This document shows positions 36,329 through 46,050 of a stretch of DNA of 64,000 bases, piece after piece; within the stretch, counting starts at the first letter, position 1; each line of letters begins with the position of its first letter. The notes beneath the pieces are model-generated. The model worked only from the letters and a program-made list of their open reading frames with translations. It was not told where the DNA came from and ran no database searches. The DNA is taken from positions 41,107 through 105,106 of the forward strand of contig CAYLIB010000005.1 of assembly GCA_964384035.1 (NCBI GenBank). The letters run 5' to 3'. This stretch comes from an uncultured Candidatus Saccharibacteria bacterium (GTDB lineage Bacteria > Patescibacteriota > Doudnabacteria > UBA920). The translations under genes and the position numbers were made by a program.

Positions 36329-37348
36329 ATGAATTTAAGAACAAAATTTAAAACACTTTTAGCTAGTTTTCTTCTGATCGAAATATTTTTGGTATATGCA
36401 CAACCGGTAAATGCACAAAATACCACTTCCAATACAACTGTAGTGGCTGGGGGTGCTGAACAGTCTATAAAGGATTTATTATGTACACCTACAGATACGA
36501 GTCAGTCGGGTGTAACAACTACTAACAGAGAGCAGGGTGCATATACTACTTATTCAGTAACTAGTAATGCAGCAGGAGATGATTTATTTAACTGTATAAA
36601 TAGAATTTATAGGTTTGCTATAGCTTTTTCTTCTATAGCAGCCGTATTTATGATAGTGATAGCGGGTTATTTATATATGGCGAGCGATGGTTCTGAGGAG
36701 AGTGTTACTAAAGCAAAAGAGATCTTGGTTAGTTCAATAACCGCGCTAGTAATTTTATTTATTACTTTTGTATTGTTAAGGGAAATAAACCCTGAACTAG
36801 TGAAATTTAAAATAATACAACCTCCTAGTGTCACGGGTGGTGTACCAGGAAGTACAGGAAATTATAACCCTTCTGGTGGGGGATCAACAGGTAGGAGTTT
36901 TGGAAATGGAAAGTGTGTTCCAATTACGAATAACGGAAGCCCTGCTTCGGTAGCTAATTTAAAAGGGACTTGTTTTGGTTCTGTTGCTGAACAAGCCTCG
37001 AGTGTTGCTAACGGAGAAAGTAATGGTAATCCTAATTTACCAGTTAGCGTTGGTGCCTGTGGCAGCGGATCTGCTAGATGCGCAGACGGAAGTATTCCGG
37101 TATGGGGTTTGTATCAAATAAATATAACAGTACATAAGGTTGGCGGTTTGAATTGTCCAGCTGCGTTCTCTAGTAGTTTTACTTGTAGTAAGAGAAACTG
37201 TAGAGTTGTAAATCAGGACCTATATAATCAATGTGTTACTGCAGCAAAAAATCCGAAAGCTAATATAGATGCAGCTTGTGAAGTAAAAGCAAAGCAAGGG
37301 TGGAATGCTTGGGTTTTTTATCAAAATAATTGTAAAGGTAAGTTTTAA
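36329..37348 (+). CDS. Secreted protein with VirB2/TrbC-like two-helix membrane segment and Cys-rich C-terminal domain
   Basis: Signal peptide; CINRIYRFAIAFSSIAAVFMIVIAGYLYMASDGSEESVTKAKEILVSSITALVILFITF (TrbC/VirB2-like hairpin); C-terminal 12 Cys with WGLYQIN. Tentative. Confidence 0.3.
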   Translation: MNLRTKFKTLLASFLLIEIFLVYAQPVNAQNTTSNTTVVAGGAEQSIKDLLCTPTDTSQSGVTTTNREQGAYTTYSVTSNAAGDDLFNCINRIYRFAIAFSSIAAVFMIVIAGYLYMASDGSEESVTKAKEILVSSITALVILFITFVLLREINPELVKFKIIQPPSVTGGVPGSTGNYNPSGGGSTGRSFGNGKCVPITNNGSPASVANLKGTCFGSVAEQASSVANGESNGNPNLPVSVGACGSGSARCADGSIPVWGLYQINITVHKVGGLNCPAAFSSSFTCSKRNCRVVNQDLYNQCVTAAKNPKANIDAACEVKAKQGWNAWVFYQNNCKGKF

Positions 37349-37353
37349 AACTT

Positions 37354-37869
37354 ATGAATAATATAAACATAAAAGTATATTTAGCAATAGGAGCAGTGTT
37401 CCTTTTAATGGGGACAGGGTTTATAATTTATCTACTCTTTTTTGCGGGTAAGACACCTCAGAGTCAGTTAAATACTTCTGGAAATGCCCAGGTCAATAAT
37501 TCTTATCCTGAGAATATACAAAAGGTTTTAAAAAATCCTAAAGAAGTAAATGGTGATTGGTTAACTCTTTATTCCTCTGATGATTTTATTATTTCTTATG
37601 GAGTTAAGGGTGATATTTTTGCGGTAGATATACTTACCTCTCCAGCAGAAGAGAAGGCTAAAGTTGCAGAAGATACTTTTGTTGGGCTATTAGGTGTAGA
37701 TAAAACCTATGCATGTAAGTTGAATATTTCTGTAAAAGTGCCTGATGCTGTTGACCCTAGGCTTTCAGGTTATGATTTTGGTTTCAGTTTTTGTCCTAGT
37801 GCAAAACACATGGAAGATTTTCTTATAAATAATAACGACTCTTATATAATTAACGAAGAGTTTAGGTAA
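37354..37869 (+). CDS. Membrane-anchored hypothetical protein
   Basis: 171 aa, single N-terminal TM. Confidence 0.35.
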   Translation: MNNINIKVYLAIGAVFLLMGTGFIIYLLFFAGKTPQSQLNTSGNAQVNNSYPENIQKVLKNPKEVNGDWLTLYSSDDFIISYGVKGDIFAVDILTSPAEEKAKVAEDTFVGLLGVDKTYACKLNISVKVPDAVDPRLSGYDFGFSFCPSAKHMEDFLINNNDSYIINEEFR

Positions 37870-37874
37870 AAATA

Positions 37875-38603
37875 ATGGAAGATAAAGAAGCTGTTGGAGA
37901 TAGTAAGGATTTCAAGAATACAATAATTGCTCTTGCTACACCGGTATCAGTTGTTTTGGCGGTAGTATTGTTGGCTGTTTCAAATTTGTATAGTACGCAG
38001 GTACTATTGGTTCAATTGAATAGAATCGAAAATAGACTTCCGCAATTAGAGAGCGAGGAAATTGTTCCTGTAAAGGTACCAGATTTAGCACCTAGTATTG
38101 GTAAAAAAAATGCTCCGGTTACAATTGTTGAGTTTGCTGACTTTCAATGTCCTTTTTGTAAGGAGTTTAACGATAAGTTGTTTCCAAGGATCAAGTCACA
38201 ATTTATTGATAGTGGCAAAGTAAGGTTTGTTTATATGCACTATCCTTTTTTGGGTGAAGAGTCTGTTCATGCTGCAGAGGCAACGGAATGTGCAAAAGAG
38301 CAAGGTAAATTTTGGCAATTTCACGACTTGTTGTTTAAGAATCAAGGTGCTGAAAATGCTGGAGTGTATGCTATAGATAATTTAAAAAAATATGCCTCAG
38401 AATTAAATTTGGATCAGGTTAAATTTGATGCTTGCGTTGACACGAGAAAATTTCAAAAAGAGGTTCAGGAACAACAGTTACTCGGTACAGATTATGGTGT
38501 TGCATCTACCCCGACTATTTTTATAAACGGAAAAAAATTCGAAGGAGTTATTCCGCTTTACAAAGTAGAACAAGTTATTTCTAGCTCAGTAAGCGCTGAG
38601 TGA
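37875..38603 (+). CDS. DsbA/BdbD-like thiol-disulfide oxidoreductase
   Basis: TM anchor; thioredoxin CxxC active site FADFQCPFCKEF. Confidence 0.7.
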   Translation: MEDKEAVGDSKDFKNTIIALATPVSVVLAVVLLAVSNLYSTQVLLVQLNRIENRLPQLESEEIVPVKVPDLAPSIGKKNAPVTIVEFADFQCPFCKEFNDKLFPRIKSQFIDSGKVRFVYMHYPFLGEESVHAAEATECAKEQGKFWQFHDLLFKNQGAENAGVYAIDNLKKYASELNLDQVKFDACVDTRKFQKEVQEQQLLGTDYGVASTPTIFINGKKFEGVIPLYKVEQVISSSVSAE

Positions 38604-38660
38604 TAATGAGGAGTGCGTTAATGCGCTTCTTTTTTACAATCCAAACAAGGAGAGCTGATA

Positions 38661-39011
38661 ATGGAAGGTGTTTGCGAGAAATGCAAAAAGTATGTTTTTG
38701 ATCTTACCACGCACCATGTGATACCCCAAAGGTTTAAGAAGCCCAGAAATGGGGATCCACTTTTAATGCTGTGCAGAAATCATCATACTCTTATTGAAAA
38801 ACTCATTCCTCAAAGGTTGAGACTTTCTAATAAAGAATATATTCGACTCGCGAACAAATTTATTGAGGGTGTATATGATGATGAGGTGCGCTTTAATAAT
38901 CGGCGTCAGTGGGTCATTTTTTACGCTTTTTCCAAACAAGAACATCATATGCGATATGTAAACCTAGGAAGACGAAATAGGAATAAGCGAGCTGCTTATC
39001 AGTTTCGTTAA
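38661..39011 (+). CDS. Small HNH endonuclease-fold protein
   Basis: CEKCKK...THHVIP...GDPLLMLCRNHH: Cys pairs plus HH/N/H arrangement of the HNH motif; 116 aa; RBS AGGAGAG. Confidence 0.5.
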   Translation: MEGVCEKCKKYVFDLTTHHVIPQRFKKPRNGDPLLMLCRNHHTLIEKLIPQRLRLSNKEYIRLANKFIEGVYDDEVRFNNRRQWVIFYAFSKQEHHMRYVNLGRRNRNKRAAYQFR

Positions 39012-39110
39012 ATGTGGCAAGTGAACCTTTTGGTTCATTTTTTTTAGGACATTTATTTTGAATTTGATTAGACTTCCCTATTATTTGAAAATTTAAAGAG
39101 GGGACTATAG

Positions 39111-39416
39111 ATGTTAACTAATTTGATTGTAAGATTCTTGGGTGTTAGAGGTTTAAGGATTAATACAGCCGTGCTTTGGTTGTTGTGGTTACCTATGGCT
39201 TACGTAACAGTTTTTCCAAAAGCTGTTGTACCAGAAAGTATTTTTAAATTTGGACGAAATGCTGATACGGTAATATTCTTATCCAGTTGGGTTTTAAGTG
39301 TAAAAGCCTATATTGCCTTATACGCGACTGTTTTGATCTACTGGATACCCCTTATGCTACTTACCTACTGCGCCTTACAAAAAATTAAAAATAATATAGA
39401 TGGTGACCCTAGTTAG
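39111..39416 (+). CDS. Small membrane protein, unknown
   Basis: 101 aa, 3 TM. Confidence 0.3.
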   Translation: MLTNLIVRFLGVRGLRINTAVLWLLWLPMAYVTVFPKAVVPESIFKFGRNADTVIFLSSWVLSVKAYIALYATVLIYWIPLMLLTYCALQKIKNNIDGDPS

Positions 39417-39432
39417 TTAGGGTTGTTTTTTT
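39406..39432 (+). terminator. Rho-independent terminator
   Basis: ACCCTA-GTTAGT-TAGGGT then TGTTTTTTT. Confidence 0.5.
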
Positions 39433-39932
39433 AAATTTCGACAGGGGAGTATGGGCGCTTAGTTTGGTTTGGAGATGGTTAATTAGTAATTAAATATGTG
39501 ATCTAATAAGGCGCGGGTAATCAAGCTGGTAATGGTATTAGGATTAGGTACAGAGTACAACGAAGGTTGTAAAAGGTTTATTGGTTATAAGGAGGCTAAA
39601 TATATAAACAGTAAAATGTACATTATAAAACGATTTATATCTATACTGTGTCGCATAAGATACATTGCGCGACACGCAATGTATTTGAATGAATAACTCT
39701 CTTTTTGAATAATCTATGCTCCCCTGATGTTTAATTTTGTTGTTTGTGTGTTCGATGTTTAGCTGGTACATTTTTTCTTTTTTACCCTCAGCTTGTCTAT
39801 GCCTCCATTAAGTTAACAATAAATATTTTTATCTTTTAATAAAATATTTTTAAATTTTTTTTTATAAGTAGTTTCTGGTTAGTACAGTTTTTTTACTTTC
39901 AATATACTTTTTATGGTATACGGTCGTACACT

Positions 39933-40274
39933 CTATTTTTTGCTATTAGAAATAAACCCTGCTCGTATTGCTTCGGCTTCTGTGGTGAAGCATTGTTCAG
40001 GGCTGACTGAAGCATAACCTTTAGTGCCAGGTAGGTAGTATTTCTTTGTTCCTCTAACTGGTACGTTGCCTTTGATAATGCATTTGGAATCTGCCAATCC
40101 CCTTTTGTCATTTTCAGATTCTGTGGTATAATGTTGATAATTGTTAAGGGAAGAATCGTTTGAATGTTTATAGTAATGTCTAGCAGTACCGAACCCAGCA
40201 ATAAATATCGCGGTCATTACTACCGCCATTTTAATTTGATCTTTAGTTGATAAATCAAATAATTCTAATTTCAT
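39933..40274 (-). CDS. Membrane-anchored 'sunset'-like small domain protein
   Basis: CIIKGNVPVRGTKKYYLPGTKGYASVSPEQCFTTEAEAIRAGF resembles the small domain found N-terminal to thermonuclease-like proteins; family name from memory, tentative. Confidence 0.4.
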   Translation of the reverse strand: MKLELFDLSTKDQIKMAVVMTAIFIAGFGTARHYYKHSNDSSLNNYQHYTTESENDKRGLADSKCIIKGNVPVRGTKKYYLPGTKGYASVSPEQCFTTEAEAIRAGFISNSKK

Positions 40275-40275
40275 A

Positions 40276-41562
40276 ATGCAATACGCATTTGTACTAGGTA
40301 GAGTTTTTACTTTATCCCTAGCCGAGTTAATAGTAGTTTTAGCTAAGTATGCGCCTGAGGCAAAAATTATCGACGCGTCTTTTGAGGTTGCTATTGTAGA
40401 GACAGATAAACAACTTGATATTCAGAGGCTGCAAAAGGAGCTCGGTGGGATAGTAAAGATATTAAAAGTTGTAGATATTGTAAAGAAAAAACCCGGTGAT
40501 TCTGTAAACTTTGCGCTTCAGAACTACTTTAAGCCTAGTAAAATTAAAAAGGATTTTCTTAAGAATACTAAAGGTAAAATTCAGTTTGGGGTTAGTATTT
40601 ATTTGATGGATGAGCAGGTTAACGCTTTTGGTGAGCCAAAAAAGCTTGGGATGTTTATTAAACGAGCCATGCAGGATGCTGGTAGTAGTATTAGGCTGGT
40701 TTTGCCTGAATTTAACTCATTAGCCCTGGCTTCTGTAGTAGTAACTAATAATCAGATGCTAGAAAAAGGCGCAGAGATTTGTATTTTGACTAATAACGAA
40801 ACACTCTACGTAGCAAAGACGCTATCTGTACAAGATTTTGAGGATTATGGACGTAGAGACTACCAAAGACCGGCAAGAGATGATAAGCAAGGTATGATGC
40901 CGCCTAAAGTAGCCCAAAGTATGTTAAATTTGAGCAAGGTAAGCCCTAATGATGTAGTTTTAGATCCTTTCTGTGGTGTGGGAACGATATTGCAAGAAGG
41001 TATGCTTTTAGGTTTAAGGTGTTTAGGTACCGATATAAATAAAATTGCTATTTCAAATAGTGAAAAGAATTTAGAATGGTTTAGGAACAGATATAAAATA
41101 CCCAAAGGTAAGTATCATTTAGAAATAAGTGACTCACGGGAAGTGTCTAAAGTCGTAGATATTCTATTGCAAACAGGTGTATTTAAAAATATAAGCGGGG
41201 TGGTCACAGAAGGTTATCTGGGTCCCTTATATTCATCTTTTCCTCCTTCGGGAGACATAGATAAGAACTTTAAAGAGCTAAAAAAGCTTTGGACTGACAG
41301 CTTGAAAGAGTTTGCTAAGTTTTTACCAAAGGGTGCCAGGGTGGTGTTTTGTTTACCAGCATATAAGAAGGATAGGACCTCATATGTACTCATGCCTGAT
41401 ATTGACTTTGGTGGGGGTTTAGGTTATACTCCAAAGGATTCGATCCCCGAAAATATGGTTAAAAAGCTAGGTTTTCTGAGGATTACCAACCGAGGTACGG
41501 TTATTTACGACCGAAAAGATCAGGTGGTAGCTAGAGAAATAATAATTTTAGAAAAGAACTAA
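40276..41562 (+). CDS. Putative RNA methyltransferase (Trm11/RlmL-like, N-terminal THUMP-like region)
   Basis: Class I MTase motif I DPFCGVGTIL, GTDIN; 428 aa with a substrate-binding N-terminal domain. Confidence 0.5.
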   Translation: MQYAFVLGRVFTLSLAELIVVLAKYAPEAKIIDASFEVAIVETDKQLDIQRLQKELGGIVKILKVVDIVKKKPGDSVNFALQNYFKPSKIKKDFLKNTKGKIQFGVSIYLMDEQVNAFGEPKKLGMFIKRAMQDAGSSIRLVLPEFNSLALASVVVTNNQMLEKGAEICILTNNETLYVAKTLSVQDFEDYGRRDYQRPARDDKQGMMPPKVAQSMLNLSKVSPNDVVLDPFCGVGTILQEGMLLGLRCLGTDINKIAISNSEKNLEWFRNRYKIPKGKYHLEISDSREVSKVVDILLQTGVFKNISGVVTEGYLGPLYSSFPPSGDIDKNFKELKKLWTDSLKEFAKFLPKGARVVFCLPAYKKDRTSYVLMPDIDFGGGLGYTPKDSIPENMVKKLGFLRITNRGTVIYDRKDQVVAREIIILEKN

Positions 41563-41571
41563 GATAACAAT

Positions 41572-41862
41572 ATGGCACATAAGAAAGCCGGAGGTTCAAC
41601 CAGTTTAGGCCGTGACTCAGTTTCCAAGAGACTTGGAGTTAAAGTTTACGGCGATCAAAAAGTTAAAAAGGGTGGTATTATTGTTCGTCAAAAAGGTACC
41701 AAGTATCATGCAGGTAAGAACGTAGGTACTGGTGGCGACTATACCCTATTCGCTCTTTCTGACGGTATAGTTAAGTTCCAAAATAAGCAACAGAAGAAAT
41801 TTCACGGTAACTTAAAGAAGACAAAAATTGTAAGCGTGGTACCTTCTGCACCTGCTAAATAA
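41572..41862 (+). CDS. rpmA: 50S ribosomal protein L27
   Basis: [16 protein letters not shown]...[17 protein letters not shown]. Confidence 0.9.
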   Translation: MAHKKAGGSTSLGRDSVSKRLGVKVYGDQKVKKGGIIVRQKGTKYHAGKNVGTGGDYTLFALSDGIVKFQNKQQKKFHGNLKKTKIVSVVPSAPAK

Positions 41863-41872
41863 GCTTTTTAAA

Positions 41873-41904
41873 AAAAGAAACCCCGAGATGGGGTTTCTTT
41901 TTTT
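41873..41904. terminator. Bidirectional rho-independent terminator (rpmA and pyrG)
   Basis: AAAAAAAGAAACCCC-GAGA-TGGGGTTTCTTTTTTT. Confidence 0.65.
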
Positions 41905-41915
41905 ACTTAATCGGT

Positions 41916-43616
41916 TTATTTTTTAGCTAGTTTTTGGACTGCTTTTATGAACCCATTAAATAATGGATGAGGGTTTCTAGGATGAGATTTGAACTCTGGG
42001 TGAAATTGACTAGCTACAAAATATGGATGGTTTTTGAGTTCTATAATTTCCACTAGTTGTCCGTCAGGTGTAGTTCCTGAGATAACTAATCCAGCTTGTT
42101 CTAGTTTGTCTCTAAATTCATTATTGAATTCATATCTATGTCTATGTCTTTCAGAGATTTTTGCTTGTCCTTGGCTCTTTATCCAACCTTGTTTAAGGTA
42201 TTCTTTTTCTGTAATAGTTCCTCGTTTAATGATACAGTCCCAAGCACCTAAGCGCATAGTCGCTCCATATTCTCTGTTTAGGAGTTTTTTCTCTTGGTCT
42301 GGCATTATATGGATTACAGGAAATTCTGTGTTTGAATCTACTTCGGTGGTATTAGCGTTCTTTAATTTTGCGACATTCCTAGCGAATTCAATTGTTGCCA
42401 TTTGCATGCCGTAACATAGACCAAGGTAAGGTATTTTATTTTCACGAGCATATTTTACAGTCTCGATCATACCTTCTGTGCCTCTGCTACCAAATCCACC
42501 TGGTACAACTATGCCGTCGAAATCCTTTAATACTTCGGCTGCACCCCTTTTTTCTATGTCGATACTTGAAATCCAGGTAAGTTTGCTTTTGATGTTGTTA
42601 TTCCAAGAGGCATGTTTAATGGATTCTACGACTGAGATATATACATCTGCTAGTTTGTAATCCCCTGTTTCAAAATATTTTCCTACAACAGCGATGTTTA
42701 TGTGCTTATCTGAGTTGGATATTTTAGTTATCTTAGAAAGAAGATTTTGCCATTCTTTAATATCAGATTTTTTAGATTTTAATTTGAATTTTTCTAAGAT
42801 TTTGTCAGTAAGACCTTGCTTTTCAAAGTTTAAAGGGACTCGGTAGATTGTGTCGGCGTTAGGCGCAGAAATTATGTTTTCTTTAGGTATATTACATGTC
42901 CAGGCTAAAGTTTCTTTTCTTCTATCGTCTAGTTCTGCTTCTGCTCTACCTATTAAAAAGTCGGGTTGGATACCAGAAGCGATTAATTGTCTTACAGAAT
43001 TTTGTACAGGTTTAGATTTCATCTCGCCGATACTTGGAGGGGTTGGTAAATAACCTACGTGGATATGAAGTACATCTCTATTATCTCTGTATTTCATGAT
43101 CCTATTTGCTTCTATAAAGAGAATGTTCTGGTACTCCCCTACTGTACCCCCAACTTCTACGATAACAATATCTGCATTTCTTTCTCTTGCAGCTTTTTCA
43201 AGTCGATTTATTATTTCCTCAGGGACATGCAGGGCAACTTCTACGTCCTCTCCTTCGTATTCGAAATTTCTTTCTTTGTTGATGATGTTTTGGTATAGTT
43301 GTCCATTGGTAACATAGTTTGCGCTAGATAACCAAGTACCCATAAATCTTTCATAATTACCTAAGTCTTGGTCGGTTTCGACGCCGTCGTCTGTAACGAA
43401 AACTTCTCCATGTTCCTGTGGTCTAATTGTCCCTGCGTCTATGTTTAGATAGGCGTCACATTTAACAGGAGCTACTTTATATCCGCGTGCTTCTAAAAGT
43501 GCTGCAATACTTGAAGTGGTTACGCCTTTGCCTACGCTTGAAATAACTCCACCTGATATAAAAATGAATTTAGTTTTTAGTTTTTCTGCTTGTCTTGGTT
43601 TTACATGGTAGGACAT
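41916..43616 (-). CDS. pyrG: CTP synthase
   Basis: FIFISGGVISSVGKGVTTSSIAALL; GATase GLCYGMQ; 566 aa. Confidence 0.92.
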   Translation of the reverse strand: MSYHVKPRQAEKLKTKFIFISGGVISSVGKGVTTSSIAALLEARGYKVAPVKCDAYLNIDAGTIRPQEHGEVFVTDDGVETDQDLGNYERFMGTWLSSANYVTNGQLYQNIINKERNFEYEGEDVEVALHVPEEIINRLEKAARERNADIVIVEVGGTVGEYQNILFIEANRIMKYRDNRDVLHIHVGYLPTPPSIGEMKSKPVQNSVRQLIASGIQPDFLIGRAEAELDDRRKETLAWTCNIPKENIISAPNADTIYRVPLNFEKQGLTDKILEKFKLKSKKSDIKEWQNLLSKITKISNSDKHINIAVVGKYFETGDYKLADVYISVVESIKHASWNNNIKSKLTWISSIDIEKRGAAEVLKDFDGIVVPGGFGSRGTEGMIETVKYARENKIPYLGLCYGMQMATIEFARNVAKLKNANTTEVDSNTEFPVIHIMPDQEKKLLNREYGATMRLGAWDCIIKRGTITEKEYLKQGWIKSQGQAKISERHRHRYEFNNEFRDKLEQAGLVISGTTPDGQLVEIIELKNHPYFVASQFHPEFKSHPRNPHPLFNGFIKAVQKLAKK

Positions 43617-43661
43617 TTTTTAATCTTTGTTTGACTCCGGTATGATCGGAGTGTTTAATAT

Positions 43662-44108
43662 TTAAATTGATTCTAATTTGATGTTCACTTTAGCTTTTAG
43701 ACCGTCTTGTAACTTGATTTCTACTGTATGCTCACCTAAATATTTAATTTGTGGTAATGAAACTATTTTTCCGCTACTAAAATTTGTACCTAATTTTTGA
43801 TTCATTACCTCAAGTATATCTTTTTCTCTTATGCCTCCATATAAATGACCGTTCTCCCCTACTTTGACTTTAATTGTAAAAATTTTCTTTTCTATTTCGT
43901 TTTTTAGATTTTCCGCTTTTTGTTTGTCACGGTTTTTTTTATCTTCCGCGTCTTTTTGTTCTTTATTTATTTTATTAAGAGTTTGACTACTAGCTTCCGA
44001 GGCAAAACCTTTTGGAATTAGAAAATTCCGTGCAAGGCCGTCACTTGTTTCTACAACTTGGCCTCTTTTGCCAAGTTTAGGATAATCTTTGATTAATAGA
44101 ATTTTCAT
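43662..44108 (-). CDS. rplI: 50S ribosomal protein L9
   Basis: MKILLIKDYPKLGKRGQVVETSDGLARNFLIPKGFA. Confidence 0.85.
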   Translation of the reverse strand: MKILLIKDYPKLGKRGQVVETSDGLARNFLIPKGFASEASSQTLNKINKEQKDAEDKKNRDKQKAENLKNEIEKKIFTIKVKVGENGHLYGGIREKDILEVMNQKLGTNFSSGKIVSLPQIKYLGEHTVEIKLQDGLKAKVNIKLESI

Positions 44109-44217
44109 ATTAAATAAATAAGACCCTCAAAGAAGACTGGCTTCAAGAGAGTCGACTACTAAGTTATTTAGAGGCTCTTTCTAAGTATACTTTGTATTCA
44201 GAAATAAGCAAGTTGAC

Positions 44218-45165
44218 TTATATTTTTAAGTGCTTTCTCATGGCTAGAAGACTAGAGATAACTGTGAGTACAATAGCCGAGGAAATTTGAAATATAAGAA
44301 GTATCCAGTAATTAGAGACAGGGAGGTTGTAGACAGTAGTAGAAAGGCTAAAAAAGTTCACAGTACTTGCTTCAGGGCTTACGTATGCTATTACCTGAGG
44401 CATGACTTTTATAAAAACTGGTACAAAAACTAATCCGGTAATAAGGGTAGCTGTAATACTATAGAGGAGAGCCTCTATAACGAACGGTCCTCTTATATAC
44501 CAATTGGTTGCGCCTACTAAACGCATGATTTCAATTTCTTCTTTTCTATTATAGACAGTAAGTGCAATGGTATTGAAAATAACTAAAATTGCGATAATAG
44601 CGAAGACAGTCGCGAGAACAACACCTAAAGCAATAATAAAATCTAAGGTTTTTCCTAATCTCTCAATAACTTTACGATTATCTTCGAAATTTACTTTTTC
44701 TATGTATGTTTTGTATTTATCAGAGTTAAGCTCTTCTGCTATTTGCGGATAGAAAGTTAGATCTTTGGCTTTTACATGAAGCGTAGCCTGAAGTGGGTTT
44801 TCTGTGAGTTCTTCTAAGGCTGAGAGTATTGCTGGGTCGTTTTTGTGTGAATCCTTAAATTCTTTAAGTGCTGTTTCTGCAGAAGTATAGGAAATTTCCT
44901 TTATTAAGGGACTTGTTTCAAGTTGATCTTTGATCTTTAAAATACTTGGTTCTGTAATATTGCTTTTGAAATAAACACTGATATCTACTCTTTCTTTAAC
45001 AGTATTTACTGTGTAGTTGGTTACTCCGTAGAGAATAATAAGTATAGAAAAAATTAATAAAGTTATTACTAAAACCAAGGTAGCTGCCGTAGATAACCAA
45101 AGATTACGCCAGAAACCTTTGAAACCGTTTTTAATAATTCTAAAAAATATTATCGAGTCCCACAT
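44218..45165 (-). CDS. ftsX: Cell-division ABC transporter permease FtsX
   Basis: FtsX N-terminus FFRIIKNGFKGFWRNLWLSTAATLVL; 4 TM; adjacent to ftsE. Confidence 0.75.
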   Translation of the reverse strand: MWDSIIFFRIIKNGFKGFWRNLWLSTAATLVLVITLLIFSILIILYGVTNYTVNTVKERVDISVYFKSNITEPSILKIKDQLETSPLIKEISYTSAETALKEFKDSHKNDPAILSALEELTENPLQATLHVKAKDLTFYPQIAEELNSDKYKTYIEKVNFEDNRKVIERLGKTLDFIIALGVVLATVFAIIAILVIFNTIALTVYNRKEEIEIMRLVGATNWYIRGPFVIEALLYSITATLITGLVFVPVFIKVMPQVIAYVSPEASTVNFFSLSTTVYNLPVSNYWILLIFQISSAIVLTVISSLLAMRKHLKI

Positions 45166-45295
45166 TGCTTTTTGTGATCTCTGAGATTAAAAATGATAGT
45201 TTTTCTTGGATCCGGGTCCCTCTGTTTAAGAAAAATCAGCGGAAAGGGTGAGTAATGAGAGGGAAAACCATGTTTTCCATTTCATAAGCGAAGCG

Positions 45296-45973
45296 TTATA
45301 GTTTATATTTACCTTTTTCTTGTTCAAAGGTTACTTGGCCACCTTCTATTGTTATAACGCGCTTTTTAAGTTTGTTTACTATATCTGCAGCGTGGGTTGC
45401 TAATAAGACTGTGGTGCCCAGTTTGTTTATTTTAAGTAAAAGTTCAATAATTTCATTTGCATTTACTTCGTCGAGGTTGCCTGTGGGTTCGTCTGCTAAA
45501 AGTAAAACTGGTCTGTGCGACAGACTTCTGGCTATGGCAATTCTTTGTTTTTCTCCTCCAGACATTTCGTCTGGGAAATTGTCTTTTTTATGCAGCAGAC
45601 CTACGAGTTCGAGAATTTTAGGAACTTCTACTTTTATTTTGTCCATTTTGTAGCCACTAACTTCCATGGCGAAGGATACATTCTCAAATGCAGTTCTTTT
45701 GGGTAATAGTTTGATATCTTGAAACACCATACCTATTTTTCTTCTCAGAAAAGGGAGGTCTGATTTTTTTATAGTCGAAATGTCTATATTGTCTATAAGG
45801 ATTTGGCCGTGATCTATGTCTTCTTCTCGAGTAAGTAGCTTCATTAAGGTACTTTTTCCAGCGCCGGATAGACCGACAAGCGAAATAAACTCGCCATGGT
45901 TAATCTCTAAGTTTATACCATGGAGAGCCTTTGTGTCACCGTAATATTTGGTTACGTTTTTAAAAGATATCAC
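45296..45973 (-). CDS. ftsE: Cell-division ABC transporter ATPase FtsE
   Basis: GLSGAGKSTL, LSGGEKQRIAIARSL, LLLADEPTGNLD. Confidence 0.85.
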   Translation of the reverse strand: MISFKNVTKYYGDTKALHGINLEINHGEFISLVGLSGAGKSTLMKLLTREEDIDHGQILIDNIDISTIKKSDLPFLRRKIGMVFQDIKLLPKRTAFENVSFAMEVSGYKMDKIKVEVPKILELVGLLHKKDNFPDEMSGGEKQRIAIARSLSHRPVLLLADEPTGNLDEVNANEIIELLLKINKLGTTVLLATHAADIVNKLKKRVITIEGGQVTFEQEKGKYKL

Positions 45974-46050
45974 AGAAAAATTATAACATAATTTTCAGTA
46001 ACTAGTTACAAGAATTAAATAACATACGGTATGAGATGAATATTTTGTTG

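Noticed and set aside
39544-39771. 75-aa minus-strand ORF in the long non-coding gap
   Set aside because: No RBS, AT-rich low-complexity product, and it overlaps the alternative-hairpin region; more likely non-coding.
42034-43317. Several 60-126-aa + strand ORFs
   Set aside because: All antisense within pyrG.
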